DNA of 64,000 bases from Lepidodermella squamata. Its lineage: Eukaryota; Animalia; Gastrotricha. Of the stretch, positions 10,737 to 21,800 are shown one piece after another. Position numbers and translations under genes: made by a program. The first letter of the stretch is position 1. Each line of letters opens with the position of its first letter. The stretch covers positions 4,774,001 through 4,838,000 of the forward strand of contig JBLDXI010000024.1 of assembly GCA_047495785.1 (NCBI GenBank), given 5' to 3'. The notes under the pieces are model-generated. The model was not told the DNA's origin. It saw nothing but the letters and a program-made list of their open reading frames with translations, and searched no databases.

Positions 10737-13040
10737 ATGGCAAGGAGTGGAGTGATTTACGCGTTAACAACGCTGCTTTTCTGCGCGATTGCTGCTGCCC
10801 AGGTGTGTTACTCTAATCCCATTACATTGTTCAAAAAGAAAAAAGACCCACCCAAGTGTATCTGGGATGGGAGAAGGTCTTAAGTCGTTCGCTAGGAGGC
10901 CCAAAGGTAATTCCAGCTAATTCGAAGTTCGAAGATAGAACGCCAGTTAGGAGGATCCCTGATCTACTCTTGTGCCCCGAATCATTTACTAAAGCTTAGA
11001 TGAATCTCCAAAAATTAAGGATCCCACAAAATGTGCGGAAGTGGCAAGCTTCATATGTTGCACAGCTTACCATGGTATTTAGAGGTTACGACTCAGGAAG
11101 GTCAATCTTCATCGTAAAAAGTCGCAATACTTCGGTCATAAGAAGCAAACCCTTCTCTGCAATGACACCCGCGACGATTAAACCTCCGTATATGCTTTTA
11201 CAGGAAGAACCCACACCTGATCGACGATGCGTTGTTCCACCGTTTCCAGCAAACGGAAAGCTGACTGTTCGGCTGAAAAACGGCAAAGTTGGCTCGAATA
11301 TAAAACCAAGTGATACGTTACAAATCGGACGCATTCTCTACCTGGCCTGCAACCAAGGCTACGTTCCTTTCGGCGTCAATACAACCGTTTGTCTCGTCAC
11401 AGGCCGGTGGAAAAGTGTCCTGGGGAGCTGCAGATCTGATGGCAAAGTCACCGTGCCACCACCACGTCCTCCTCCTCCCCCTCCGCCTGCCCCTGCCCCT
11501 GCCGCCAGGGATAATATCCGCCAACCAGTGCCTTTCCTCAGGAAATGCAATGAAACTGTTGCGAATCAATCGAATAATCGTTCACTGCCTATTAAAACTA
11601 TGTTCGAACGCGATTGCGACAATAATGGTTAGCAAATTTCGGAATCTTTAAAACTTTAAATGAAATCAACATTGCCGCCTATATTTTTAAAATAAAATTA
11701 AGACTGATTGCCGCTTATTCCTTGTTTTGTGTAATCATTCTAGCTCCGAAACTCACCGGGTGTGGTGTGGTTGACCCTGGCGCCATCTCTCAGCCTTGGG
11801 CCGTCACGCTGAGTGTCTTCTACAGCCGTACTGGTACTACCGACTGCACCGGGGTTCTCATCGGAGCTGAATGGGTCCTAACAACTGCAAGGTGCCTCAG
11901 AAATGTCTCAGGCATAGTTGGGTCAGTTTTAAGCTTCATTTCCATTTCAGCATTGATCAAAGATTAAATTTCGCCCAAAGCTACTACGGAAACTCCTAAA
12001 ATTGTGCCCTAATTATGGACACACTTGAACTAGCTTCGGACTTTACCAAATCTTCACTTCAGTAGCTCACCTGAGTTAGCGTATGAGTTAGCGGGTTCAG
12101 AGTGTCCTAGTTCTTCGTTCCAGTTTTGAACGCTCAATGTCCCATTTACGGACAAGTCTCCCATAATCACATTAAGATCTTAAACCATAAAAAGTCGGCC
12201 ACTCCTGGTTTCTTTATAGGGTTCCAACTTGGTAACCGGCAATCTTGGGTACCAAGGTGGAACCTTCAAATTTTATTAAAACTGTGCTAGGGTTCTTGCG
12301 AAGTTCGGCCGCGAAACCTACGATGTTGAAGCGAAACCGGGCGATGTTCAGCGCGTGGCGGAGAATTTCTACCTCCACCCGAACAGCTCATCGCAAAGTC
12401 GAAGATCTGATCTAGCTCTTATTCGACTGTTGAAGCCCGTCGACCTGGGAGGTTCGATCCAAACCATTTGTCTACCTGAATCTGCATCGGCTTGCCGCTT
12501 GTTCAGCGAAATTGGCTCGCCGCGAACCGATTGCGCAATGCCACGCCTCGTTGGCTTCGAGGTTAAACAAAAATTGAACGTCAACTTTTGCAAATTTCTC
12601 TTTGATTTCGAAGGTTCTAAAAGATGGGGCTGATGTTCTGCGAAGCAAGTCATTACCGGCTTTTGGACGACCGTGCAGCGACTATTTCGAGGATGGAAAT
12701 CGTATAGATGCTTGCTATGATGCCGATATCGATGCTACGTCGCCGGATTGTGTTGGTCAATCAGGCGGATCGTTGTTGTGCGATCGATACGGCAGGGCGA
12801 CAGCGGTTGGCGTCTATGCGTACGGCATCACGTGCGGCGAAATTGAAAATGACGCATCTGCATATACGCAGGTAATAAATCCGATCACGCAATAATAATA
12901 TTGAAAAATTCGAATTTTTTTAATTTTACGAATTTTTTAATTTGTTCACCTAGATTTGCTCATCACTCGACTGGATTCGGCAGGTTATTCAGCCAACTGG
13001 AGTTTTTGCAGCTCTGGCCCCATCGTGGATGAAATATTAA
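10737..13040 (+). CDS. Secreted sushi/CCP + Pro-rich linker + inactive trypsin-like serine protease homolog (paralog of 434-2302)
   Basis: Exons 10737-10802, 11204-11627, 11744-11921, 12291-12561, 12614-12871, 12954-13040. Signal MARSGVIYALTTLLFCAIAAAQ; EPTPDRRC CCP; WVLTTARC, SDLALIRL, CVGQSGGSLLC. Confidence 0.85.
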
Positions 13041-13968
13041 TTTTAGTTTTCTGCAATAATTTAGCCCGCGCATTTTTCATAGTTACGATATATTCCTAAA
13101 TAAATAAATTCGATGGGTAATTGAGAGCTTATTTTTTTACCTGAATTTTTGACAAATTATTGGAGTAAGAAATGCATTTTTGTAATTTTTTAAAGGTGAC
13201 TTGAAATTTTAAATTTTTAGATTTTAGAATTTTTTTACATTACAGCCAAATTATAAATTCAGCTCCCATTGTTTTTATATTAATGAATAACAAATTTTTC
13301 AACGCCTTCTGTGTAATTTGAAAAATTGAGCGTTATTTATAAAAATTGCTACCTATAATTTATTGAAGAGTAATCAACGATTCGTAGAATATAAGTGTGG
13401 CGCCTTCAATGACGGTAATTCTAGCAAATTAACAAGACGCCTCAGGGCGGAAGATGATAATGATGATTGCGCCACTTTTTGCAAGCGAGCGCGCGCGCAT
13501 TTTATTGTCCCCAATTTTCGAGCCACCTTAATAAAATATCGTGACTCATGTCATGCGCGCACACTCGCGCGCGCTCGCGTCAACAATAACGAGCCTCTCA
13601 CGTTTCTTGTTGCGCTTATAATATTTCTCCTCGCACAGGTAAGTAGTCGACGTCGTCGTCGCCGCAGCACTTGACCATCGTCAGAGGCCGGCCGCGACTG
13701 CCGAACAAAAAGAAGCCGAAAATAATACACAACATCTTATTATTAGCGCTAAACATCGGCTTGTTTCTTCTTATACCTTGCGCAAACAACCAGCTACTAC
13801 CGTTTTTTTCAAACACCTTGTAATACCTGTTTTATCAAAGGGCCTCAGGCTGCTTATTTACTATTTGCAAAAGAGAACAAGCTTTGTTAAACACAACGTA
13901 AAGCGGAGTATTTGTTACAGTTTTCGAGACAAGGTCAGTCAACCGTGCCGATTGTCCCATTTTTAGGA

Positions 13969-16023
13969 ATGATTGCGATTGCGAGGCCGCGCCTTATCGG
14001 CACGGCAATCGCCCTCTTCACAGTTGCGAATGCAATATCGGTAAGTAATGACGGTAAAATTCAGAATTCACGGTTACGCTTCATTTATTTGTTCAGAAAA
14101 ATTAGCAAACTTTCAAATCTCAAATTTTCAATAAGCATTATATTGAATGATTTAATTTAAATAATTAACTGACTCATTAACGGATTCGCTCAATTTAGCT
14201 TTTTCGATTTTTGAATAAGTAGATTTGATGAGCGTTGATCGAGATACCCGAGCTTGATCTTTCTTTAGAAATGAGGAATATTAATTTCCTATTTCGTAAT
14301 TTTCACTAAATAATTCAGATATAAATTTTCTCCGCGCCTTTATTAGCAAATAATAAAAAATATTTTGAACATTTGTAAAATAATTATTTATTTCCAAATT
14401 ATTCCTCCAGCCAAGTGTTGACCGCCGTTGCACGGTTGGGCGCGTTAGCGATGCCGTAGTCACCCTGCGCGGTCGAAACGACGACACGGAACTGCCAGAG
14501 GGCGCCACGGTCCAAGCCGGGCGCTACGTATCCATCTCCTGCACATCAGCCGGGTTTCGAGTCAACGGCTTTGGGACCACTGTGTGCCTAACGAGTGGCG
14601 TGTGGCAGAACCCGATCACCGGCTGTGTCCCAGACGTGCCGGCCACTACGCCACCGCCGACAACGAAAGCTCCGCGTCTTATTGTCGTTCCGCAGACGCC
14701 GAAACGGCCGAAATACGTCTTCCCGGCCGAGCTTTACGCCTATTACTACTACAACGATGACGATTACTACGTAAGTTTGAACATCCTTAATATTTCTCGC
14801 TGTCGAAAAATGACCTCGTTTCGGACGTTCGAGTCTTTCGAATTCGATATCACTTTAATTGCCAAAAATAGACTGCGAGGTCCGATATTTGGGTCTAATT
14901 CCTGGGTCTGTCAAAAAGTCATTTTTTTCGGGTCAACGATGCGTCGTAGAGCAGAATGCCTGACGGCAAAGTGTAGGCCATGACCTGGCGGTTCTTTTGA
15001 CACCGAATTCGGGGCCACAAGGTCTGAGCAGGTCATTGAAAATGACAGTGAAATAACGTCGAAATTTTGGATTAGAGCCAAAAATCAGACCCAAGAATTG
15101 GACTTAATTATTAGACCCAGATTATGGCGCAACAATCGAAATTTCACTGTTTTTCAAGTTTGATTTCTGTGCTTTCCTTGATGTCTATGGCCCCAAATTT
15201 GGTGTCAAAAGAACCGCCAGGTCATGGCCTACACTTTGCCGTCAGGCATTTGGCCCCTCGACGCATCGTTGACCCGAATAAAATGACTTTTTGACAGACC
15301 CAGGAATTAGACCCAAATATCGGACCTCGCAGTCTATTTTTGGCAGTTAAAGTGATATAGATGCTGATTATGTAGACTAGAGGCGGTAGAGATCGAAATA
15401 CCTCATTGTCAAATTGTGTACTAGTTTCGGACATTTGAAAATTGTGAATTAAAAAATTCGTCATGATCAAAGAGTTCGCGTCCGATCAGAAAATGAACTA
15501 GTTTCGGACAAAACCTATTCATTGTTTCTGTTTATGATCGCGAATAGTAAATTGCATTTTTTGCCAATAAATTTTCTTTAAAAAAAAATTTGACTAAATT
15601 TAATTAAATTTGAAATAATTCCCAAAATCGAAAAATTCGTGAAAATTCTAAAATCGATTGTGCATTAAATTTTTAAATTGCGATAATTTTTTACAAGTAG
15701 AATTTTATTTTTGACAGGAAGATATTGGCTGTATAGTTCCAAACGAGCGGAACGGCATAATTGTCCTTTCCAAGTCTGGCAAAGGCCTCTCGACCGACGA
15801 TATGGTCGGCGTGGGCGAGCAGGTTGTAGTCAGTTGCGCGCCTGGGTTCCGCGTCTCAGGCGGCGCCACGTCTTCAACGTGCGGCGACGACGGCGCGTGG
15901 AAGGTGCGGCTCGGCTACTGCGTCGATGCCAGTCCGAGGCGCCGGCCTATGATTGACACGAAACGGCGCGTTTTGCAGGCTCGTGGCGCTAAGGACTTGC
16001 TTTATTACTATTACGACGATTGA
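13969..16023 (+). CDS. Secreted two-sushi/CCP protein with poly-Tyr/Asp motifs
   Basis: Exons 13969-14040, 14411-14770, 15718-16023 (phase 0). Signal peptide; PSVDRRC...CLTSGVW...GC; second CCP GCIVP...SCAPGF...CGDDGAW...YC; ends LYYYYDD. Confidence 0.8.
14851..15354. mobile_element. Non-autonomous foldback DNA transposon with CAC...GTG ends (Chapaev/CMC-like)
   Basis: ~170-bp near-perfect inverted repeats starting CACTTTAA(T/C)TGCCAAAAATAGACTGCG; ATAT on both flanks; intronic. Confidence 0.85.
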
Positions 16024-16217
16024 ACTGACAATACAGCATGCAAAAATCACTAACAAAAATTTTGCAATAAAATTATCGCTTTTTTATCCGTTGCTAATCA
16101 GGAATTTTTTCGTAAAGCTTGCTGGGGAATTTAAAATTGTGCTACGCTGCAATCTGGATTAAAGCCATCATATTGTGGAATTTCAAGTATTATTTTTTGC
16201 GTAACGTTAGCGTGTAA

Positions 16218-16289
16218 TCCTTGGTAGTATAGTGGTTAGTATCCCCGCCTGTCACGCGGGAGACCAGGGTTCGATTCCCTGCCAAGGAG
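16218..16289 (+). tRNA. trnD: tRNA-Asp(GTC)
   Basis: Identical to 4281-4352, opposite strand. Confidence 0.93.
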
Positions 16290-16437
16290 CACATTTTTAT
16301 TTATTTTTATTTTTGTTTTTATTTTTATTTTCATAAATATTTCATTTTTCATCGTTGAAAATGAAAATCTTTGAATTTTAAAGACCGTTAAAAAAGGATT
16401 GTTCAAAATAATTTTTTTTATTAAATAAAAAATATTT

Positions 16438-16510
16438 CGCCCTCCGGGGGACTCGAACCCCCGACCCTGTGATTAAAAGTCACATGCTCTACCGACTGAG
16501 CTAGGAAGGC
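16438..16510 (-). tRNA. trnK: tRNA-Lys(TTT)
   Basis: GCCTTCCTAGCTCAGTCGG...TGTGA-CTTTTAA-TCACA. Confidence 0.93.
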
Positions 16511-16623
16511 CCTTGAAATGCGTGGTAGATTGCAGGCAGATTAAATTTACGCAAGCAGTTGTCGAAATATTTGTTTAAATGGCTTCAGAAGCCTACTGAA
16601 ACTAACAAAAATACAAAAGCGGA

Positions 16624-16696
16624 CGACGCTGATGGGACTCGAACCCACAATCTTCGGATCCGAAGTCCGACGCGATAGCCATTTCGCCACAGCGCC
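16624..16696 (-). tRNA. trnR: tRNA-Arg(TCG)
   Basis: GGCGCTGTGGCGAAATGG...TCGGA-CTTCGGA-TCCGA. Confidence 0.92.
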
Positions 16697-16796
16697 TGTC
16701 ACATGAAGTATAGCCTATACAAGATTTGAGGTTTATTGCATGCTCGAAGCTGAACCCGCTGGTTCATCTGAATCAAATTGAATATTCAGTCAGACG

Positions 16797-16880
16797 GTCA
16801 GGATGGCCGAGCGGTCTAAGGCGCCAGACTCAAGATCTGGTCCTCGAAAGAGGGCGTGGGTTCGAACCCCACTTCTGACA
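16797..16880 (+). tRNA. trnL: tRNA-Leu(CAA)
   Basis: Identical to 2412-2495. Confidence 0.93.
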
Positions 16881-16971
16881 CTATTTTTCGCATCCTTGGA
16901 CTTATTTCCGATTCATATCATCAGTATTATGGCTATTACTTGTCGACCGTTTACGCGAAAAAAGTGCCAAC

Positions 16972-17044
16972 TGGAGGCATCGGGGATTGAACCCCGAGAC
17001 CTTCACAATGCGAATGAGACGCTCTACCACTGAGCTATGCCCCC
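16972..17044 (-). tRNA. trnA: tRNA-Ala(CGC) with 1-nt T-stem insertion
   Basis: As the other Ala copies but aaccccgag vs aacccgag (pseudogene or homopolymer error). Confidence 0.75.
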
Positions 17045-17144
17045 TAGGCTAGTGCAAGAAAAGGTTTGAATGGTAACAAATATTATGATCGAAAGTTTCC
17101 ATCAGTTGAGAGTGAGCTGAAAGATTGTTTGAAAAAACTTATCA

Positions 17145-17216
17145 AGGTCCCATCGAGAATCGAACTCGAGTCGCTGGATTCAGAGTCCAGAGTGCTAACC
17201 GCTACACCATGGGACC
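17145..17216 (-). tRNA. trnQ: tRNA-Gln(CTG)
   Basis: Identical to 2756-2827. Confidence 0.93.
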
Positions 17217-17305
17217 TCTCGAACGCTGGTTTTGGGAAGGACAGCTTTATAATCTCGTCACTAGCAATGCGTTTGCTGCTTTCAAACGTGTGAGCTAAAA
17301 ACGTG

Positions 17306-17377
17306 TGCGTCAGCCGGGAGTCGAACCCGGATCGGCTGCTTGGAAGGAAACCATGCTGACCGTTACACCACTGACGC
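17306..17377 (-). tRNA. trnG: tRNA-Gly(TCC) with anticodon-stem mismatch
   Basis: As 2917-2988 with a G>T change breaking one anticodon-stem pair. Confidence 0.78.
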
Positions 17378-17486
17378 CTGTGGCAAACGCCTGTGGCAAA
17401 CGCCAGCTAAAACCCATATAATCTCACTTCTTGTTTTAAACTCGCTGAAGCCTTGTAAAGTTTGGTTATTGGAATTACAATTGGGT

Positions 17487-18252
17487 TTAATCATTTACAG
17501 CTTCAGTCAAAATTGCAATAACTCGGTGCTTATCTTCGGCAGGTACAACTGAAAAGCAATTATTGGCTATTGACAATGCTGTTTCCCCCTTCTCATTTAC
17601 AGCAGTGACATCCACCCGAAAATCATGAATCAACAGATGAACGGTTGAATGCTGGCCGTGAAAGGCTGCCACCATCAACGGAGTCATACCATTGTTCGTC
17701 ATCGACTCAACATCAGCAGAAAAACGGCCAGCCAGAATTTGAACTACCTCCAAGTTTCCGCATTGAGCTGCATGATGCAAAGCCGTCCAACCATCGCCAT
17801 CCTTGGCATTAACATCCACGCTGTAATCACCGAGAAGCATTTCAACAATTCGAGGATAGCCCCACCAAGATGCATAGTGCAAAGGCCTGTAGCCGTATTT
17901 AGTCGCAGCTTCTACATTAGCGTGAAATCGGTCAACCAACAACCTGACAAGCTCGATGTGCCCCTTTTCGCAAGCTATTTGAAGTGCAGTTTTACTATCG
18001 GCATCCTTGCATTCAACATGGAGTTTCAGCTGTTCATCACTCAGCAGCTTTGAAACCACTTCAGCATCTCCCTTCATAACGCCATCAAACAAATTCTGCA
18101 AATGAGCAATAGGAGTCACTTTCCTTATCGACGATAGTTCTGTTCAGATTACCTTGAGAGAATTTTCTTTAGTTTCGGAGATGCTTCCGCCTGCAAATTG
18201 GATATTTTTCAGAGTTAGGATTTTGACATTTTCGCATACCCACTGTCTCCAT
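17487..18252 (-). CDS. Ankyrin repeat protein (~5 repeats); 5' end ambiguous, possible pseudogene
   Basis: TALQIACEKGH, RPLHYASWWGY, TALHHAAQCGN, TPLMVAAFHGQ, GETALSIA; candidate first exon 18252-18240 (METVG) with GTATGC donor. Confidence 0.8.
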
Positions 18253-18839
18253 TTAGTTTGGGTTGAGTTGCTCAAATTAGGTATCAAGTAGAAAATTCTC
18301 AAGAAAAGCAGTGCTGGCTGATATCGTTATCGAGTATTCTGCTTTGCATGAGCTTAACGAGTTCATAAAGATAAGAACTTGGCATTCCGGTTACTAAGGG
18401 TCTTGCATTCCTAAGATGGATCATTCCCTTGAATGATAGAAAAGTTTGATTGGCATCGCGTAAATTTTCTTGGCTTCAAAACTGTCCGGGAGCTGGGGGC
18501 AAGGTTGTCGCCTTGTTCGTGTCTTAAAGCAGATGCATCCCGATAAAAACAAGCACGAAGCTGATCGTAGTGACGCCCCGCACGTGTCATTCAGCTACCG
18601 AGCCACACACTTTATCACGTGAAGACTATAAATAAGAATTATCTCTTAGCCAGAGTGTTTGAAGGGCTATGCATCACAAAGGGGAGTGGTGTGGGGGTGG
18701 CACGCCGCCTAACATACTGAAAAATGCTAAATGAACCCAGCAGCAAGAGATAACTACACCGCGACAGACTCATTTAAAGGAAAAACGGTTAGCTGCGTAT
18801 CTAGGCCAGTTCTGATTTGACAAAAATTTTCAATTTGAA

Positions 18840-21800
18840 ATGCTTACTCTGAGATCTGTGCTGAACCCCATTCTCGGAGTTCTGCTGCTATATGGTTGCA
18901 AAGCAGATGCTGCTTGCCCGGACAAAACAGGTTTCGCAAATTTGTGACAGCGGTGTTACGATTTCTGCAAGCGTTTCTTATTACCAGTATGCAGTTCACT
19001 ATCGGATTGCTTAAATGGAGGAAAATGCGTGAATAACCTGTGCTATTGCGAGCCAGGTTTTGTTGGGGAAACTTGCTCGGATAAAAGTGCGATTTTGACA
19101 AATCCTTATCGATAAACCTTGACATCTTCGCCATAGGCACATATGGTTTTCGATGTCGAAACGAAACGGAGGCAGCATTGTCTTGTAACTACCCGAGTTG
19201 TCTGAACGGCGGATCTTGTGCTGTCGGCGGAAATTCGAGTGAATGCATTTGCCCCGCGGGTTTTTCAGGCCAATATTGTCAATGTGAGTGTCATCTCTTT
19301 AAATTCTTTGAATTTCGGCATTTTTTTCATATTCTTAAGACCAGGATTGCGTTGGATCCTCGCCAAGTGAGTAATTTAACATACATTCCACGGAAGATAT
19401 GAAAACATCTTTTTTTAGCTTGTTCTTTCGACAATGATTGCGAAAGCACTGGATCGTGCATTCAAGGCTTATGTTACTGTTCCAGCGGATTTACCGGGTC
19501 TAAATGTGAAGTTATAGGTGTGTTTGCTCTTCATAACGTTTTCAGAACGATTTCATAAATATTAAAAATACGCAGCTGTTTTTAGCTTAGCAGTGCTTTT
19601 TGTCTTGAGCTAAAGCTAAAATGCTTATTATTTCGAGGACACACTGTATGTTTATATCATTGGGCCTCAATTGATATTAATTTTGAAGGGACCCATACTT
19701 GCCGAAACAGCGCAGTTCCGACCATTGGAAATGTGACATCGTGTCAATATCCGCACTGCTTGAATGGCGGGATTTGCGTGGGAGATGACTTATCTAATGC
19801 CTGCAAATGCCCAGTCGGCTATTCCGGACCAAATTGTCGAAGTAAGCATTTCCTATCGATTTCAAGAGGTCTTAGCCCCACCTTTTTCTCATAGACACTC
19901 CGGCATGCGACGAAAACCAGTCTGCAACTGGTATTTGATAAAATAAGATAATTAATTGTTGAGTCATTTTAAAATTTTACAGCTTGTAAAAGCGCTGCAG
20001 ACTGTAACAACAGGGGATGGTGTTACGGTGGTAAATGCTACTGCCGAGAGCCGTATTCGGGTACAAACTGCTTTGGCCAAGGTTCTTCCGCTTGATTTTA
20101 GCCTCTAAAATTCTTGATGACTTACTCTACTTGAAGATGGGTATGTCTGCCGCAACGAGTTAAGCCATCCTGATAATTCCGCGTGCTACTTCCCGAAGTG
20201 CGCTAACGGCGGTGTTTGTAAAGTTAACGGGACATCAAGTAGCTGCGAGTGCTTACCAGGATATGAGGGTCGCTATTGCCAAGGTTCGACTTGATAAAAA
20301 GCTCATGCTTCTTATTTAATGCAAGGGGCTTATTACAGTGACACCCCAATGCAAAGGCGGCGATCTTCCTGTGAGAGTTTGCGGTTCAAATGCAGACTGT
20401 TTCAATGGCGGGACTTGCTACGACAACAAATGCTACTGCCAAGCTCCTTACACGGGCGTTAACTGCCAAAGCAGAGGTAACAATTTTCTATCAATGAATA
20501 TCCACGTGTATATTCGTGATATTTTTATATTAGATACCCTTCTTTGCCAGAATCCTAACAAAACGTCGACTTGCTATTTTCCTAAATGCGAAAATAACGG
20601 CGAGTGCATTAGCACTGGAGTGGATGAGACTGCTAGCATTTGTAAATGCAAACCCGGTTTCCAAGGTCGCTATTGCGAAGGTAAGACTCCACTGAAAAAT
20701 TTAATCGGAATCATTTCCATAATGGAATATGAAAATAGAACAGACAGCTTGTTCCGACGAGGCAGCAAATGTTTGCTCAGATGATGCAGACTGTGCGAAC
20801 GGAGGCACATGCCGAGGAGGTCTGTGTTTTTGCAAGGAACCATTCACTGGTATAACTTGCCTTGCTAGAGGTTAGTTGCCAATTTTTATCTCTTTGGAAC
20901 AAACATGGAACGTTCAAGCCTTTCAGATACTTTCACGTGTAGAAATGACAACAACTTGCTGACGTGTCGGTACCCCAAATGCCAGAATGGAGCTGTTTGC
21001 CGCGTTGAAGGATCATCGAGTCGCTGTGAATGCCCGAAAGGCTTCAGCGGCCGCTATTGTCAGAGTAAGCCTAGTCTTGAATCCTGACATTTCGACCTTA
21101 AATCCTATTTGATCTTCCAGCTAGCTGTGGCTTCTCAGAACCAGGTTAATTGCGATTTTTTCTAATTGCTGATAACAAAGCTTTTAATCCTCGTTTAGTG
21201 TGTAAAACTGATAATGAATGCGGCGGGACAAGCAAGGGAACTTGTTATTTGGGTTACTGTTTCTGCAAAGACCCTTTTACCGGTCCTAGATGTGATAATT
21301 CGGGTTTGCTTTTTTAACTAAACAACGTCGACCACTGAAGCATTTCGACTGTTACAGACACGCACGTTTGCAGGAATGACCTTAGCACCGATTCTTGCGC
21401 CCTTCCTGTATGTCTAAACAACGGCAAATGCGTTGCAACTGCAGATTCAAGCAAATGCGAATGCCCTGATGGCTACTCAGGTCGCTACTGCCAAAGTGAG
21501 AGTTCAGATCTCGAAAAGAGGAGGCACTACAGTAATTGATTTTTTTTCATTTAGTACCAGCCTCGTGTGACATTTCTCAGGCTCCAAAGGGTGAGATCAA
21601 CAATTTTTTATATTGGAAAATTGCTTATTATCGCTGCAAAATTTCAGCTTGTCGAACATCAACTGATTGCTACAATCGTGGCTTTTGTCATCAGGGCAAG
21701 TGTTATTGCCAATCTCCTTATTCTGGCACGAACTGCCAGGAACAAGGTTAGTCTTGATTCAAATTAGTCGCTGAATTCTATCAAAGGTTACCTCCATTTC

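Noticed and set aside
14847-15470. Near-identical peptides on opposite strands (ORFs 14582 and 15222)
   Set aside because: Artefact of the foldback element's inverted repeats
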